From assembly GCA_001600695.1 (NCBI GenBank), contig BCKQ01000006.1:837472-901471 (forward strand): a stretch of DNA of 64,000 nt, given 5' to 3'. Shown piece after piece: positions 1 to 11,648 of this stretch (position 1 is the first letter of the stretch; every line of letters starts with the position of its first letter). Both the position numbers and the translations under genes were made by a program. This DNA is from Ascoidea asiatica JCM 7603 (taxonomy: Eukaryota > Fungi > Ascomycota). The notes beneath the pieces were generated by a model that saw only the letters and a list, made by a program, of their open reading frames with translations, did not search any database and was not told the origin of the DNA.

Positions 1-307
1 TAAATCCATTCACAATCATATTCCTAATCATATACTTTCATATTCTTATTCATATTCCTATTTATATTCATATTTAAATTTACATTTATTCTTGTCTATC
101 GAAATCGATAAAGTTGCAATAGGTCAAATCAAAAAATTAGTCAAAGAAAATTTAGGTCTTTTTATTCTACTTGGAGTCTCACAAATTAGAATTATCAACA
201 ACATATTTCAAAATCAAAGAAAACAATCCTAAAATTTTCTATTTCCCTCAAAAAGATAATCAAATTATCTTAACAAATCAAATAAGTTATTAAATAATTT
301 TTTCAAA

Positions 308-724
308 ATGTCTATAGATTCATGGCTTTTTATATTTGCTGTGCTTATTAATATTGTAAACTTATTCTTTCAAGTTTTTTTTGTTATTATGTACAGTGAT
401 TTAGAATGTGATTATATTAATCCAGTTGAATTATGTTCAAAAATTAACAATTATATCTTACCAGAAAATATTATTCATGCATTTTTAAGTTCTTTATTAT
501 TAATTAATGGTTCTTGGTTTAGTTTCTTAATTAATTTACCTGTTTTAGCTTATAATATAAATAAATTTTTACAAAAAAATTATTTATTAGATCCAACTGA
601 AATTTTCAGAACTCTTTCGGTTCATAAAAGAGAAAGTTTAATGAAACTTGGTTTTTATTTATTTTTATTTTTCTATTATCTTTATAGAATGATTTCTGCT
701 TTAATTGCTGATGATGAGAATTAA
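308..724 (+). CDS. ERV14: Cornichon-family COPII cargo receptor
   Basis: 138 aa with three hydrophobic segments; motifs [15 protein letters not shown] and [20 protein letters not shown] are typical of Erv14/cornichon. Confidence 0.95.
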   Translation: MSIDSWLFIFAVLINIVNLFFQVFFVIMYSDLECDYINPVELCSKINNYILPENIIHAFLSSLLLINGSWFSFLINLPVLAYNINKFLQKNYLLDPTEIFRTLSVHKRESLMKLGFYLFLFFYYLYRMISALIADDEN

Positions 725-1123
725 ATCAAAATCAAAATCAAAATAAATTAAATTAACTAAATCATTTTATTTACTAAATAATCTTAACTAAATATATTTA
801 TCTTCATGTTTTTTACTACAAATATTATTAAAATTTTATTGAAACTGAAAGGGGAAAGATAATTATAAAAACAAAACTAAAAAAAACAAAAAAATAGCAT
901 AAAAATACTCAAATTATTAAATAATCCATCTCTTATTCCAAATATGTTTGAAATACATTCAAAGTTATCTTAATTTTTTTATATATATCTTTATTTTTTC
1001 TTTTTCTCTTAATGTCAAAAGCATTAATATATTTGGATAAAATAAATAATATAAAATATAAACCATAAACATAAACATATAAACCTTTACCTTTAAATCT
1101 TTTGAATAATGTAATACTTAAAA

Positions 1124-2179
1124 TTAGATCAATGTACTTTTAATAGTTTTTTCTTGTTTTATTATATTTTCCACTTTTTTAAAAAGTTTTAAAATATTTC
1201 TAGATTCTGGAAATATCTCTGAAGATATAAAATGAATACTTTTATAATTATTTTTAAAAAACTCTCTACCTTTAATTGAAAAAATATATGGTGCTCTTTG
1301 TTCTAATTCAAAATAAAAATTTAATAAAATATATTTAAATAAATCTTTTAAAAAAATTTCATGATTATAAATTTTATTATAAATTGGAACATATAATTTG
1401 ATAACATAATCAATTGAGTTCATTCCATAAACTTTAATATCATCAAGAATATATTTATCTTTTGTTAATTCATTTACCATTTTATTATCAAAAATATTAC
1501 ACCTCATTATCACTTTTTAAAATAAAAATAACTTGTTAGACTTGATTTTACTTTAAGAAAATAAAAAAAAAAATTGAGAGAAGTATTAACTACTTGAAAA
1601 AGATGATATATCTTCAGTGAATTTATTGACAATTGAATCACATTTCATTTCAATATTTATATCTAATTCTTTCCATAACTTTTAATTTATTGAAACATAT
1701 TAAAATAATGTTAGTTTTTTTGTTCAATTTCTTAATTATTTTAAAAAACTCTTAAAAATATTAATTGAGTTGTAAAATACTTTTATATCCTTTAAATATT
1801 CCATCCATTTATCAACAATTAAATCATCTCCAGCTAACAATTCATCATTTAAATAAATTTTAAATTTAAACTGAATTAATTTTTATCGGCGGTTAGTATA
1901 AATTTACTTTCTTCAAACAAAAGATATATAAGAATATATTCCAAATCAAATACTTACTTCAATTGATGTTAATGCAGGAATAATTATCAAATTTTCTTCT
2001 TTTGGTTTTATATTTAAATTTTGAATTGAATTATTGTTGAAAATATCTTCTTTTATCACACAATTTGAAAGTTTTTGTAATTGATTTCTGATTGAATCTA
2101 TTTTGTATGAGAATTGACTTGAAACATAATAATCGTTTTGCTTTATAAATAACTTTGATGATTTGAAATTTAATGTCAT
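1124..2179 (-). CDS. REC102: Putative Rec102 (TopoVIB-like Spo11 partner); exons 2179-1958, 1870-1781, 1678-1594, 1512-1124; 261 aa
   Basis: Three introns join the two track ORFs and two unannotated exons in one frame (786 nt). Signals: GTAAGT/TACTAAC/CAG; GTATTT/AACTAAC/AAG; GTAGTT/GTCTAAC/AAG. Segments LIIIPAL..FKFKIYLNDEL, LWKE and ELEQRAPYIFS recall S. cerevisiae Rec102 (LYIPLL..KLNFKMNDRL, FWEE, QLEFEYPMVFS); length is similar. Confidence 0.6.
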
Positions 2180-2510
2180 AATTGATTTACTTGATAAACT
2201 ATTAGAATAAATGAATTCAAAATTAAAATATCTTTTTTTTTAAAGGTTTAAGATTTGTTTTGATAAAATAAACGCCGGCACTTTCACTAAAACTATCAAG
2301 TTTAAATACGCGATTTGAAGACTAGTCAGTTAAGAATATTTAGAAATAATTTATTATGTTTTTATTTTTTCTTTTTTATAAAAGGGATAAGAATAAATTC
2401 AAACTATATATATATATAAAATTTTGTAAATTGAAAATCATTATTCATAATGCTAAAGTGGTAGATGAAGAGAGATAAAAAAAGAATGGAAAATGGAGAA
2501 TTGTCTATAA

Positions 2511-4145
2511 CTATAAATCAATAGCTTTAATGCCTTGATTAATAGTAGTAATTTCATCATAAATCATAGTAGTTAAGAAATTATAAAATTTGTCACCAAT
2601 ACAACCTTCTTTGAAATATTTAGAAGCTAAAGCAAATTTATTATCATCTTTGCCATTTTTAATTAATTTTTCAGTTTCTTCATTTAATAAATCAGATATA
2701 TATTCTTTTGTAATGGTAGTACCATTATCAGTTGTTTTAATTGAATGTTTTGTCCATTGATAAATTTGCATTCTTGAAACTTCAGCAGTTGCAGCATCTT
2801 CCATTAAATGATTAATTGCAACACAACCAACACCTCTTAACCAACTTTCAATATACATAATACCAACAGTAATATTTAAACGAATACCTTCTTCAGTAAT
2901 TTGAGGATTATCAATAAATGAAGATAATAAATTAAAATTTGTAATTTGATCACCTTTACCAGTAATTTTAAATAATTGATTTGGACCAGGAATATAATTA
3001 TTAAAAACTTTATAAGCAACAGGAGCAATACCAGGATGAGCAATCCAAGTACCATCATGACCAGCTAAAGCTTCTCTTAATTTATCTTGAAATATATTAT
3101 TCATTGCAATTTCATTTTTTTTTAAATCAGATTTAATTGGAATTAAAGCAGCCATACCACCCATTGCATGAACTTTTCTTTTATGACAAGTATCAATTAA
3201 TAAATGAACATATGAACTCATAAAATCAACTTTCATATCAACTTGAGATCTATTTGGTAAAATAAAAGCTTTTGAATTTCTTAAAACTTTAATATAAGAA
3301 AATAAATAATCCCACCTACCACAATTTAAACCAGAAGAATGATCTCTTAATTGATAAAGAATTTCATCCATTTGAAAAGCAGCAGGTAAAGTTTCAATTA
3401 AAACAGTTGCTCTAATTGTACCTCTTTTTAAATTAATAAAATCTTGAGCAAAATTAAAAACATCATTCCATAATTTTGCTTCTAAATGATGTTCAATTTT
3501 TGGTAAATAAAAATATGGACCAATACCTTGATTAACAGATTCTTTTGCATTATTAAAAAAATAAACAGCAAAATCAAAAAAAGAAGCAGAAATTGGTTCA
3601 TTATTAATTGTGAAATGTTTTTCATCTAAATGCCAACCTCTTGGTCTAACAATTAAAGTTGGTAAATTATTTGGATTATTTAATTTATAAGTTTTATGAG
3701 GAGCAATAAAAGTTATTGATTTTCTTATTGCTTCATATAAATTTTGATGACCATTTAAAATATTTAACCAAGTTGGAGATAAAGAATCTTCAAAATCAGA
3801 CATATAAGCAGAAACACCTGAATTTAAAGCATTTATAACCATTTTTTTATCATTTGTTGGACCAGTAATTTCAACTTTTCTTTCAGTTAAACCTGGTGAT
3901 AAATTTGGACCAGTCCAATTTAAATCATCTCTAATATATGAAGTTTCTTTTAAAAAATTTGGTTGACCAATTAATTCTCTATTTTTTAATAAATTTAATC
4001 TTGTTTGATTAAAATTTTTATGTAATTGAGTTAATAATGAAAGACATTCAATTGAGAATAAATGTTTAAATTCACTTGGAATTTCACCTTTAATTTCAAC
4101 ACCAGATAAAATATCTTCAGGTTTTGGAGTAAATGCATCAATCAT
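2511..4145 (-). CDS. MLS1: Malate synthase A
   Basis: Motifs VEITGP, DFEDSLSPTW, VRPRGWH, GLNCGRWDY, GHDGTWIAHP, LMEDAATAEVSR. Confidence 0.97.
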   Translation of the reverse strand: MIDAFTPKPEDILSGVEIKGEIPSEFKHLFSIECLSLLTQLHKNFNQTRLNLLKNRELIGQPNFLKETSYIRDDLNWTGPNLSPGLTERKVEITGPTNDKKMVINALNSGVSAYMSDFEDSLSPTWLNILNGHQNLYEAIRKSITFIAPHKTYKLNNPNNLPTLIVRPRGWHLDEKHFTINNEPISASFFDFAVYFFNNAKESVNQGIGPYFYLPKIEHHLEAKLWNDVFNFAQDFINLKRGTIRATVLIETLPAAFQMDEILYQLRDHSSGLNCGRWDYLFSYIKVLRNSKAFILPNRSQVDMKVDFMSSYVHLLIDTCHKRKVHAMGGMAALIPIKSDLKKNEIAMNNIFQDKLREALAGHDGTWIAHPGIAPVAYKVFNNYIPGPNQLFKITGKGDQITNFNLLSSFIDNPQITEEGIRLNITVGIMYIESWLRGVGCVAINHLMEDAATAEVSRMQIYQWTKHSIKTTDNGTTITKEYISDLLNEETEKLIKNGKDDNKFALASKYFKEGCIGDKFYNFLTTMIYDEITTINQGIKAIDL

Positions 4146-5465
4146 TATGAAAAAATTTAAAGTTAAATATAATATTGAATTGATTAATTTAGTTTAAGTG
4201 AATTTAAAAAATTAAAGGTTATGAATATAATTAATTATAAATATATATATTGTATTATATATTTAGTTATTTTTTATATAGATAAGATAAATAATATGAA
4301 AAAAAAACAAAAAACAAAAAAAGAATAAATGGAGTGTCTTTTATAAAAAAAAAAGTGAATATTAATAAAGAAGATAAAAGAACATTGACCTAAAGTGAAT
4401 TTGAATAAAGTTATCAGTTGAAATGATTCAATTGAATCAAATCAAGCGATTTCATTGAGTGATTTGATTGGACTGAGGGATTGATGCTAATGGATTACAG
4501 GAGTTATAAGTTAATAGTCTCGAGTATTCCATTATTCTATTATTCAATTACTCAATTATTCTTTTATTCCAATACTTCATTATCTGATTATGAAAAGGTT
4601 TTGTGGAAGTTTTTCAGATTCTGAGATTCTTTTTTTGGGTTTGAATTAAATTCAAATATTTCACCAGTTTTAAAGTTCGACTTTCAGGGCTTGGTTTCTC
4701 CGAGGCCCGCGTGAAAGGAAAAAGAAGCAAATCCGGGGCTGGAAAAGCTCCAGACCCAGAGGAAATTCTCGGCTGTTGCTAAGGAAGAGCGGTGGTGTTA
4801 TGCGGTAGAATGTAGTATTCGGGCCGATAGAACTGACAAATTAATTTTAATCGGTCCGGTACCTTACACTTTCGGAACGGAGTTGCAGTGAGAGGCAGAC
4901 AAATTATATCAGGTGTGCTTATGTAATCCCAAAGCTATATATTTTAGCATATTCTTTAAATCTACCTTTATATTAATAACTGAACAATCAATGAGATAAT
5001 GGAATCGAATTGACTTATAATTGTATAAACAACTGGAGGAGATTCATTTATTCATAATCTAAATATATTTCTAAATGAATAACAAATATGAATAGAAGTT
5101 TTGAAATATTTCTTTATAACTATGTATGTTGAAATCCACTTATTTGATCATTATACGATAATCATATAATTATATAATTTTGCACTTTCACGTTAACTAA
5201 CAAGATTTTTAATAAAATCATAATAGCTTATAAATAGTAAATGGTTCAATACTTTTGTTAGAAGAGTCTATTGCAGTGTTAATAAATTACCTTATAATCA
5301 TCTTGGTGTTGAAAATAAACAAAAAATAATAAAATCAATTCATTATAATCAATATTATCCATCTAATATTCAAAAAATTAATGCTTTTAAATTAATTTTT
5401 TTTGATGAACTTAAAAAATCTTTTTTTTTGAAAAAATAATATATTATAATATAAATTCTATTTTT

Positions 5466-6058
5466 TTAATAATATTCATTGAAATATTCATTATAACATT
5501 CTCTATGATATCTATTTTCTGTATTAATTGAATTAATACTTAATCCTTTTATAGGTAATTCACAATATCCACAATAACTATTTATCTTATTACAATTCTC
5601 ACAATACCAATATCCATATTCATATCCATCATTATTTTCATTTTCATTTTCACTCTCATGTTTTAATTGATTGCTTTTAATTTTTGATTTTTCATTAATG
5701 ATTAGTTTTTTACAATTAAAACAAAATGAATAAAAATTTGTATTTTTTTTACATTCAATTTCAATTTCATTTATTTTACAAAATTTTCTTATTCTTGAAA
5801 TTTTTATAAAAAATTTTTTCCTTTTTAATAATTCAATATATGAATCAATCCATTCTAAAATTTCTCTTTTAAAAAAATTTTCTTTAAATAATAATGATAA
5901 TGTTGAACAAAGTAATAAATCTCCATTATCCATTCCATATTTACAAATTTCTCTAATAATCTTATTACTTTTCCATGGTATTATTATTTTTTTTAAATTC
6001 TTACCACCAATTATATTTCCTCTAATATTACTTCCATTGATATTACTATTACTTCTTC

Positions 6059-6098
<40 letters not shown>

Positions 6099-9000
6099 AT
6101 TATAATTATTTCCACTATTGTTTCCATTATTAATCATTTTATTTTTATTTTGATTAAATTTAAAATCAATTATAGTCTTATTAATTTCACTCATTGATGA
6201 TCCATTTGATTTTTGAATTTGTCTTGTTAAATTACTTTTTAAACTACCTGCATTAATACTAGACGTTTGAAGTAAATCTTTTTTCATAACTGTTCTCAAT
6301 GATAATTTATTCTCATTATTATTTTCATTATTATTACTATTATTATTTTCATTACCTGTATTATTTCCATTATTTATATTATTAAATGAAAATGTAATTG
6401 GTGAAATTGTTGATCTAAAAGATCTTGAAAATCCAAATTGACTTAAATCTTCAATTTTTTCTCTACTATTTAATCTAGTATTTATTGCAATTGTATCTTT
6501 AACTGAATTTTCAACTGATGAATCTTCAATTCCAACACTTAATACTGAATTAGGTATAGATAATCCCATCATTTTATTATTATTATTGTTATTATTATTA
6601 CTATTACTCATTCTTTTTGGAATTGCAATTGAATTTTTATTCAATTGTTCTCTCCAATATTCATCTTCTTTCTTATCTATTTTATTATATGTACTATTAC
6701 TATTATTATCATCATCTTTATCATAATCACTTTCTTCAATTACTGCACTCTCATTTTCTGATCCCAGCAATTTATTCTCCATTCTTAATTTATTAATAGA
6801 ATTTATCAGTTCAACTTCATTATTTTCTTCCTTTTCATTACTTTTTTCAATATTAATAAAATTATCACTGAAATTACTAATTGTATTATCATTTTTAGAA
6901 ATCATTTTAAATTGATTCAAATCTTTTGAAGAAATAAATTGTGCAGAAGATGAATTAGATGATTTCATAGAAGACATAAATGATTGCGTTGAAGAATGTT
7001 TTACTTTAGAATCTACCTTAATAATTCCTCTATGATCTTCATTTAATTCTTCGGTTCCATAATTACTAATGATTTCTGAAAAATTTTCTGTTGTAGTTTT
7101 TGAAAACTCGGATGTATTAGAAAATGATTGAAATGATAATCCTTTTAAAAAAAATTCTCTTTCATTATCAACTTCAATCAATATAGATTTAAGAATCATT
7201 CTCCATAATTTAAAATGTCTAAAATATTGAATAAGTTGCGATGCTCGAATATTATTTAAAATGATAATAATTTTTTTAACTGTCTCAATATCTTTTTTTA
7301 AAAGTAAATATTGAATCGAAGAGATTGTACTTTCATTTTCATAATCCGATAAATGATCAAGAGTAGACTCAAGATTTATAAGATTTAACTCGGTTTTTAA
7401 TTTTTTTATAATATGTCTAATTTCTAATTCTGACCATTCAGGAATATTATATTTTAAAGAATTTTCATTTCCTCCATCAAGTATTATAAAAAGATCTTTT
7501 AAAGAGCCATCAAATCCAGGAAAAAAAAATTTTTCATTACATCCTTCAATACAATCTTCTAAAACTTTATAAAACCATTCAATATTTGACCCTAAATAAC
7601 TAAAATAATGATCAGAACAATAATCAAAAATTTTATCAAAACTTCTTTCACTCTTTTTTGGATTACAAAAATATATTAAAGGAATTGGAGTCTTTTCATA
7701 TTTAAAATTCATATTTTTAGCCACATGATCCACAAAGGAATTATTCGTTATTGAAGATACTGTTGAAAAACTTGGTGTATCAATAATCTGCACACCTCGA
7801 GTAAAACTTTTGGTTAATTGATTTCTTGAGGAACTTCTTCTCAGAATTGAAGCAGAGGATGTCACTGAATTAAAACTTTCCTTAGGGGGTGTATTTTTCA
7901 AAGACGTGGCTTTAGGTGGGGTTCCTGTTGATCGTCTCTGAAGATGAGATTTCAAACCCAAATTTTTCAAAGGTGATGAAGATAAGTTTCTTTCACTGAT
8001 TTTTTTTTGATTTAAAGTTGTTGAACGATTCATTAATATTTGCCCAGGAAACTCATTTTCAATTGGAGAGTGAGAATTTGAAGTACTTATTATCATACTA
8101 TTACGATTATGAGAAGGTGGTGTTATTCCTTTAGGTCCGCTAGAAGATAAATTTACTGTTGTCTGAGCCCTTTTCATAATTGGTCTAATAGGCAAATAAT
8201 CTGTTTCATTGATTAAATTTTTCGGAGACTGTGAATAAGAACGTTCACCATTTATCTTTATTTCAAAACTATCATTGCTATTGTTTCCTCGGGGATTTCT
8301 ATAAAGGCCTTCATATTCATTTATTGGATTAGAATTAACTAAAATTCCCGCCACAAGTGGTTTTTCGTCAGATCTAGATAATCCCAAACTGCTAGGTGAT
8401 AAATCTTCCATACGAAGTTTCCTAGATTTGGAAGAATTATAATCTTTAGAATTAAAACCAGGGTATGAAGTATGCTTCAGTTGTTTAGAAAAACTAATAT
8501 GACGTTGAATTTCCTTTTGCAAAGGAGAATGGTCTATTGTCGAACCTTCAGTTGAATTATCAGAATTATTGCCTTTTTCATCAAAAGAAGATTTAATATT
8601 CACATCAAGAGACAGTTCACTACTTTCAGACTTTGAATTCTCTTTTATTGTTGCATGCTTTGATTTTGATTTAAAAAGAAATTCAGGAAATCTGGGTAAA
8701 AAAGATAGCGATGCTTTGCTTTTCTCTTTATGATCGATTGGTGATGGAGGTTCCTGCGGTGTATCTTTATTATCATTTTCTGCTTTTTTATAATTTTCAT
8801 ATTTTGAAATTGGATCATTAAGAATATAATTGAATTTTTCTACGCTAGTTGAAGAAGATTCAAAATAGTCATTAAGATTTTCTTTGAAATGTCTAGAAAG
8901 AGAGAATCCCATCAGAGGTTTTTCATGAGGACCTAAAACATTTCTATTTTTATTGGCAGTAAAGCAATTTTCATTTTGTGAAATAAAACTGACTTCATTG

Positions 9001-10301
9001 AATTTCGCAAGATTAAATTTCACACTGGTCTTTGGCAAATCATCCATAATTCTTTTTTCTTCTTTCAAGTCATGTTGAATAAACAATTTATCTTTAGAAA
9101 CAGACCAGATTTTATTTGTGGATTTCCAACAAAGACCCGTAACAGGCTGATTATGTTCCGGAAGTATATGCTCTGGTACATAACCTCTTTTAACACTCCA
9201 AATTTCAATAGTTGAATCATTATTAGAATAAGAAGAAGCAACCTTACAATCAGAGACTTCCTTACAGTTTTCCGTATTTGGAGACCAAGAAACCTTAGAT
9301 ATCTGACCAGAGGTAGGAATAGTATAATCAGGTTGAGAACGATTTTGAATATTTTTGGAATCCATATTCCAAACTTGAATTGTTTGATCATTACCACCAG
9401 AAACAATATAATTGAACTTATTGTTCCATTCAAGTGTTAATCCACTTTTATTATAAGCACTGAATCTTTTCTCTGGTTTTGAAGTTCTCAAATCCCATTT
9501 AATGATACCTCCAGATTCATAAGCAGCTACAATAGCATTGGAATCAAAAGGTGAAAATTCATTACATCTGACAACATCTCCACCATAGGTTAATAAAACT
9601 GTTGATTTTGGCAGTCTTATATCCCATAACTTTATAAACCCATCTTTTGAACCAGACATAACTACACTTGGAGTATGGGGTGAAAATGCTATTGAATTTA
9701 CTGGTCTTCTATGTGGTTGAAAATCTTGAAAATTCTTGGAGGTTGATGTAGCAATTGATGACTTTAATGTATCAAATACAAAAACAGCTCCAGTTAATGA
9801 AGTAGCCGCCACATAATTTTTACAATTATAATATCCAAACCGTATATCAACTATTGAACCCAACTTTGTAACATCTCTTTGTAAAGATGAACCTTCAAGA
9901 AGATCGCTTTTTATAACTATTCCTCCTTTTGATTCATCAATATCCAAAATTTGAATCAAATTTTTCCCAGAGATGACCAGTCTATTGGGACATTCTGCTC
10001 CATTATAAGCTGACAATGCTTGGATCTCGGTACTGCACTTGAAATTTATAGATGTATTTGTTTTATATGAGCTTCTATAAATCTGAGATGCTGATTTATT
10101 AGTTCTTGAATTTTGAATTGATTGAAAAAACAGATTAGGATTGTTCATTGGAGAATGAGAAGTAGTATTTAGATTTTGAATTGGTGAAAGACCTGGAGAT
10201 AAAGTTGGCCCCAAGGTCTGTGTATGGAAAGTGTTGTATATATTCCTTCTCTCATAGTTTAAAGACTCTGACCTTTTATTTTTATTGCTATCGGAAGACA
10301 T
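5466..10301 (-). CDS. RTC1: SEACAT/GATOR2 subunit Rtc1/Sea2 (WDR24 ortholog)
   Basis: N-terminal WD40 repeats (SGSKDGFIKLWDIR, IIKWDLR, WSVKRGYVP); PW...IIREI....MDNGDL ACE-like region; C-terminal Zn finger YWYC..C and RING-like CGYC. Confidence 0.85.
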
Positions 10302-10703
10302 ACCATTTATTACTTTGGCCTAATTGGAATATTATTATTAGTTATTGCTCATTCATTTACTTACTCTCTGCTTTGTTATCTTTGATAATTGTCTGGCTAT
10401 TATCTAATCTGAGAACATAATTCTAAAATGTGTTCACTGTTTAAATATAATTAATTACGAGCGGAAATAGACTTTAAATAAATATTGTGATAGTTTCCGG
10501 TAGGATTTAATAAATATGGAACATTATTAACCCACGGTAGAATTATTCGAAGAAAGTCAAAATTTGAAAGAAAAAGATTATGAATTAGACATTGAATATA
10601 TTGAAAACTTTCTTATAGATATATAATATGGTAAAGACTTATACAATTATATAGAATCGATAAATCAAAAAAAAAAATAAAAACCAAAAAAAAAACGTGA
10701 ATC

Positions 10704-11604
10704 TTAAAACCCCATTTCTTCATCAGAACCATCACTCGAAGCACTAGAAGTGGCAATGGCAATATTCATTTCGTCGTTCACATCACCTCCTAATCGTCCT
10801 AAAGAAAGTTGATTTTCTTGGAAGGTTTCACTCTCAACTTCATTTTCTGAATTATTGGTTGTATTATTGGAACTGGATCTTAAATTGATACTAGAATCTG
10901 CCTCAGCAATTGCTGATGAAGTAGATGTACTTTCTGACCTTCGGATAGAGGATCTATCATTATCAGCCCCTCTTTGATTTTCACTTTGAGTATCGGCAGG
11001 ATTATTATTTAGAGTATTGATAGTAGTGTTATTATTTTCATTATTTTCATCACCAGGAGAACTTTCATCCACAATGACATTACTACTGTTTATTCCAACT
11101 CCAAATATTGGTAAATTAGAAGCTGGATTAAAAGTAAAATCATTTGTAGAAGGATGGCCAAGAAAATTAGGTCCTTCAAATGAAAAATTTGTATGATAAT
11201 GAGAGTTTGAAATCAATCTATTACCTTGAAGTACAGTTGATATACCTGTAGAATGGGAATCATCGTTATCTGATAATAATAATTCATTTTCATTACCTGG
11301 CTCATCATTTATAGAAGGTGGGGATCTTATATTATTTCCATTAGTCCCACTACTATTTGAATGATTATGCAAATTAGTTAGTGTTGATGTTGAAAGATTT
11401 GGGCTATATATTCCATTTGTAATAGAAATGTTATTTTGTAATTGACTCATATAATAATCATTTCTATTAAAAAATCTTGAATCATTTTCATTAAATAAAT
11501 AGCCAGAGTTTATATTTCTATTAATATTCATATTGATATTTTGAAAAGAATTATTATTAACATTATTCATACTATAAACAGAAAAATTGCCATTTTCATT
11601 TTTA

Positions 11605-11648
<44 letters not shown>

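Noticed and set aside
1124-2179. Integrated linear-plasmid/virus-like or NUMT fragments
   Set aside because: The fragments join in frame through spliceosomal introns into one plausible nuclear gene
4670-4690. tRNA/B-box (GTTCGA)
   Set aside because: No A-box or cloverleaf around it
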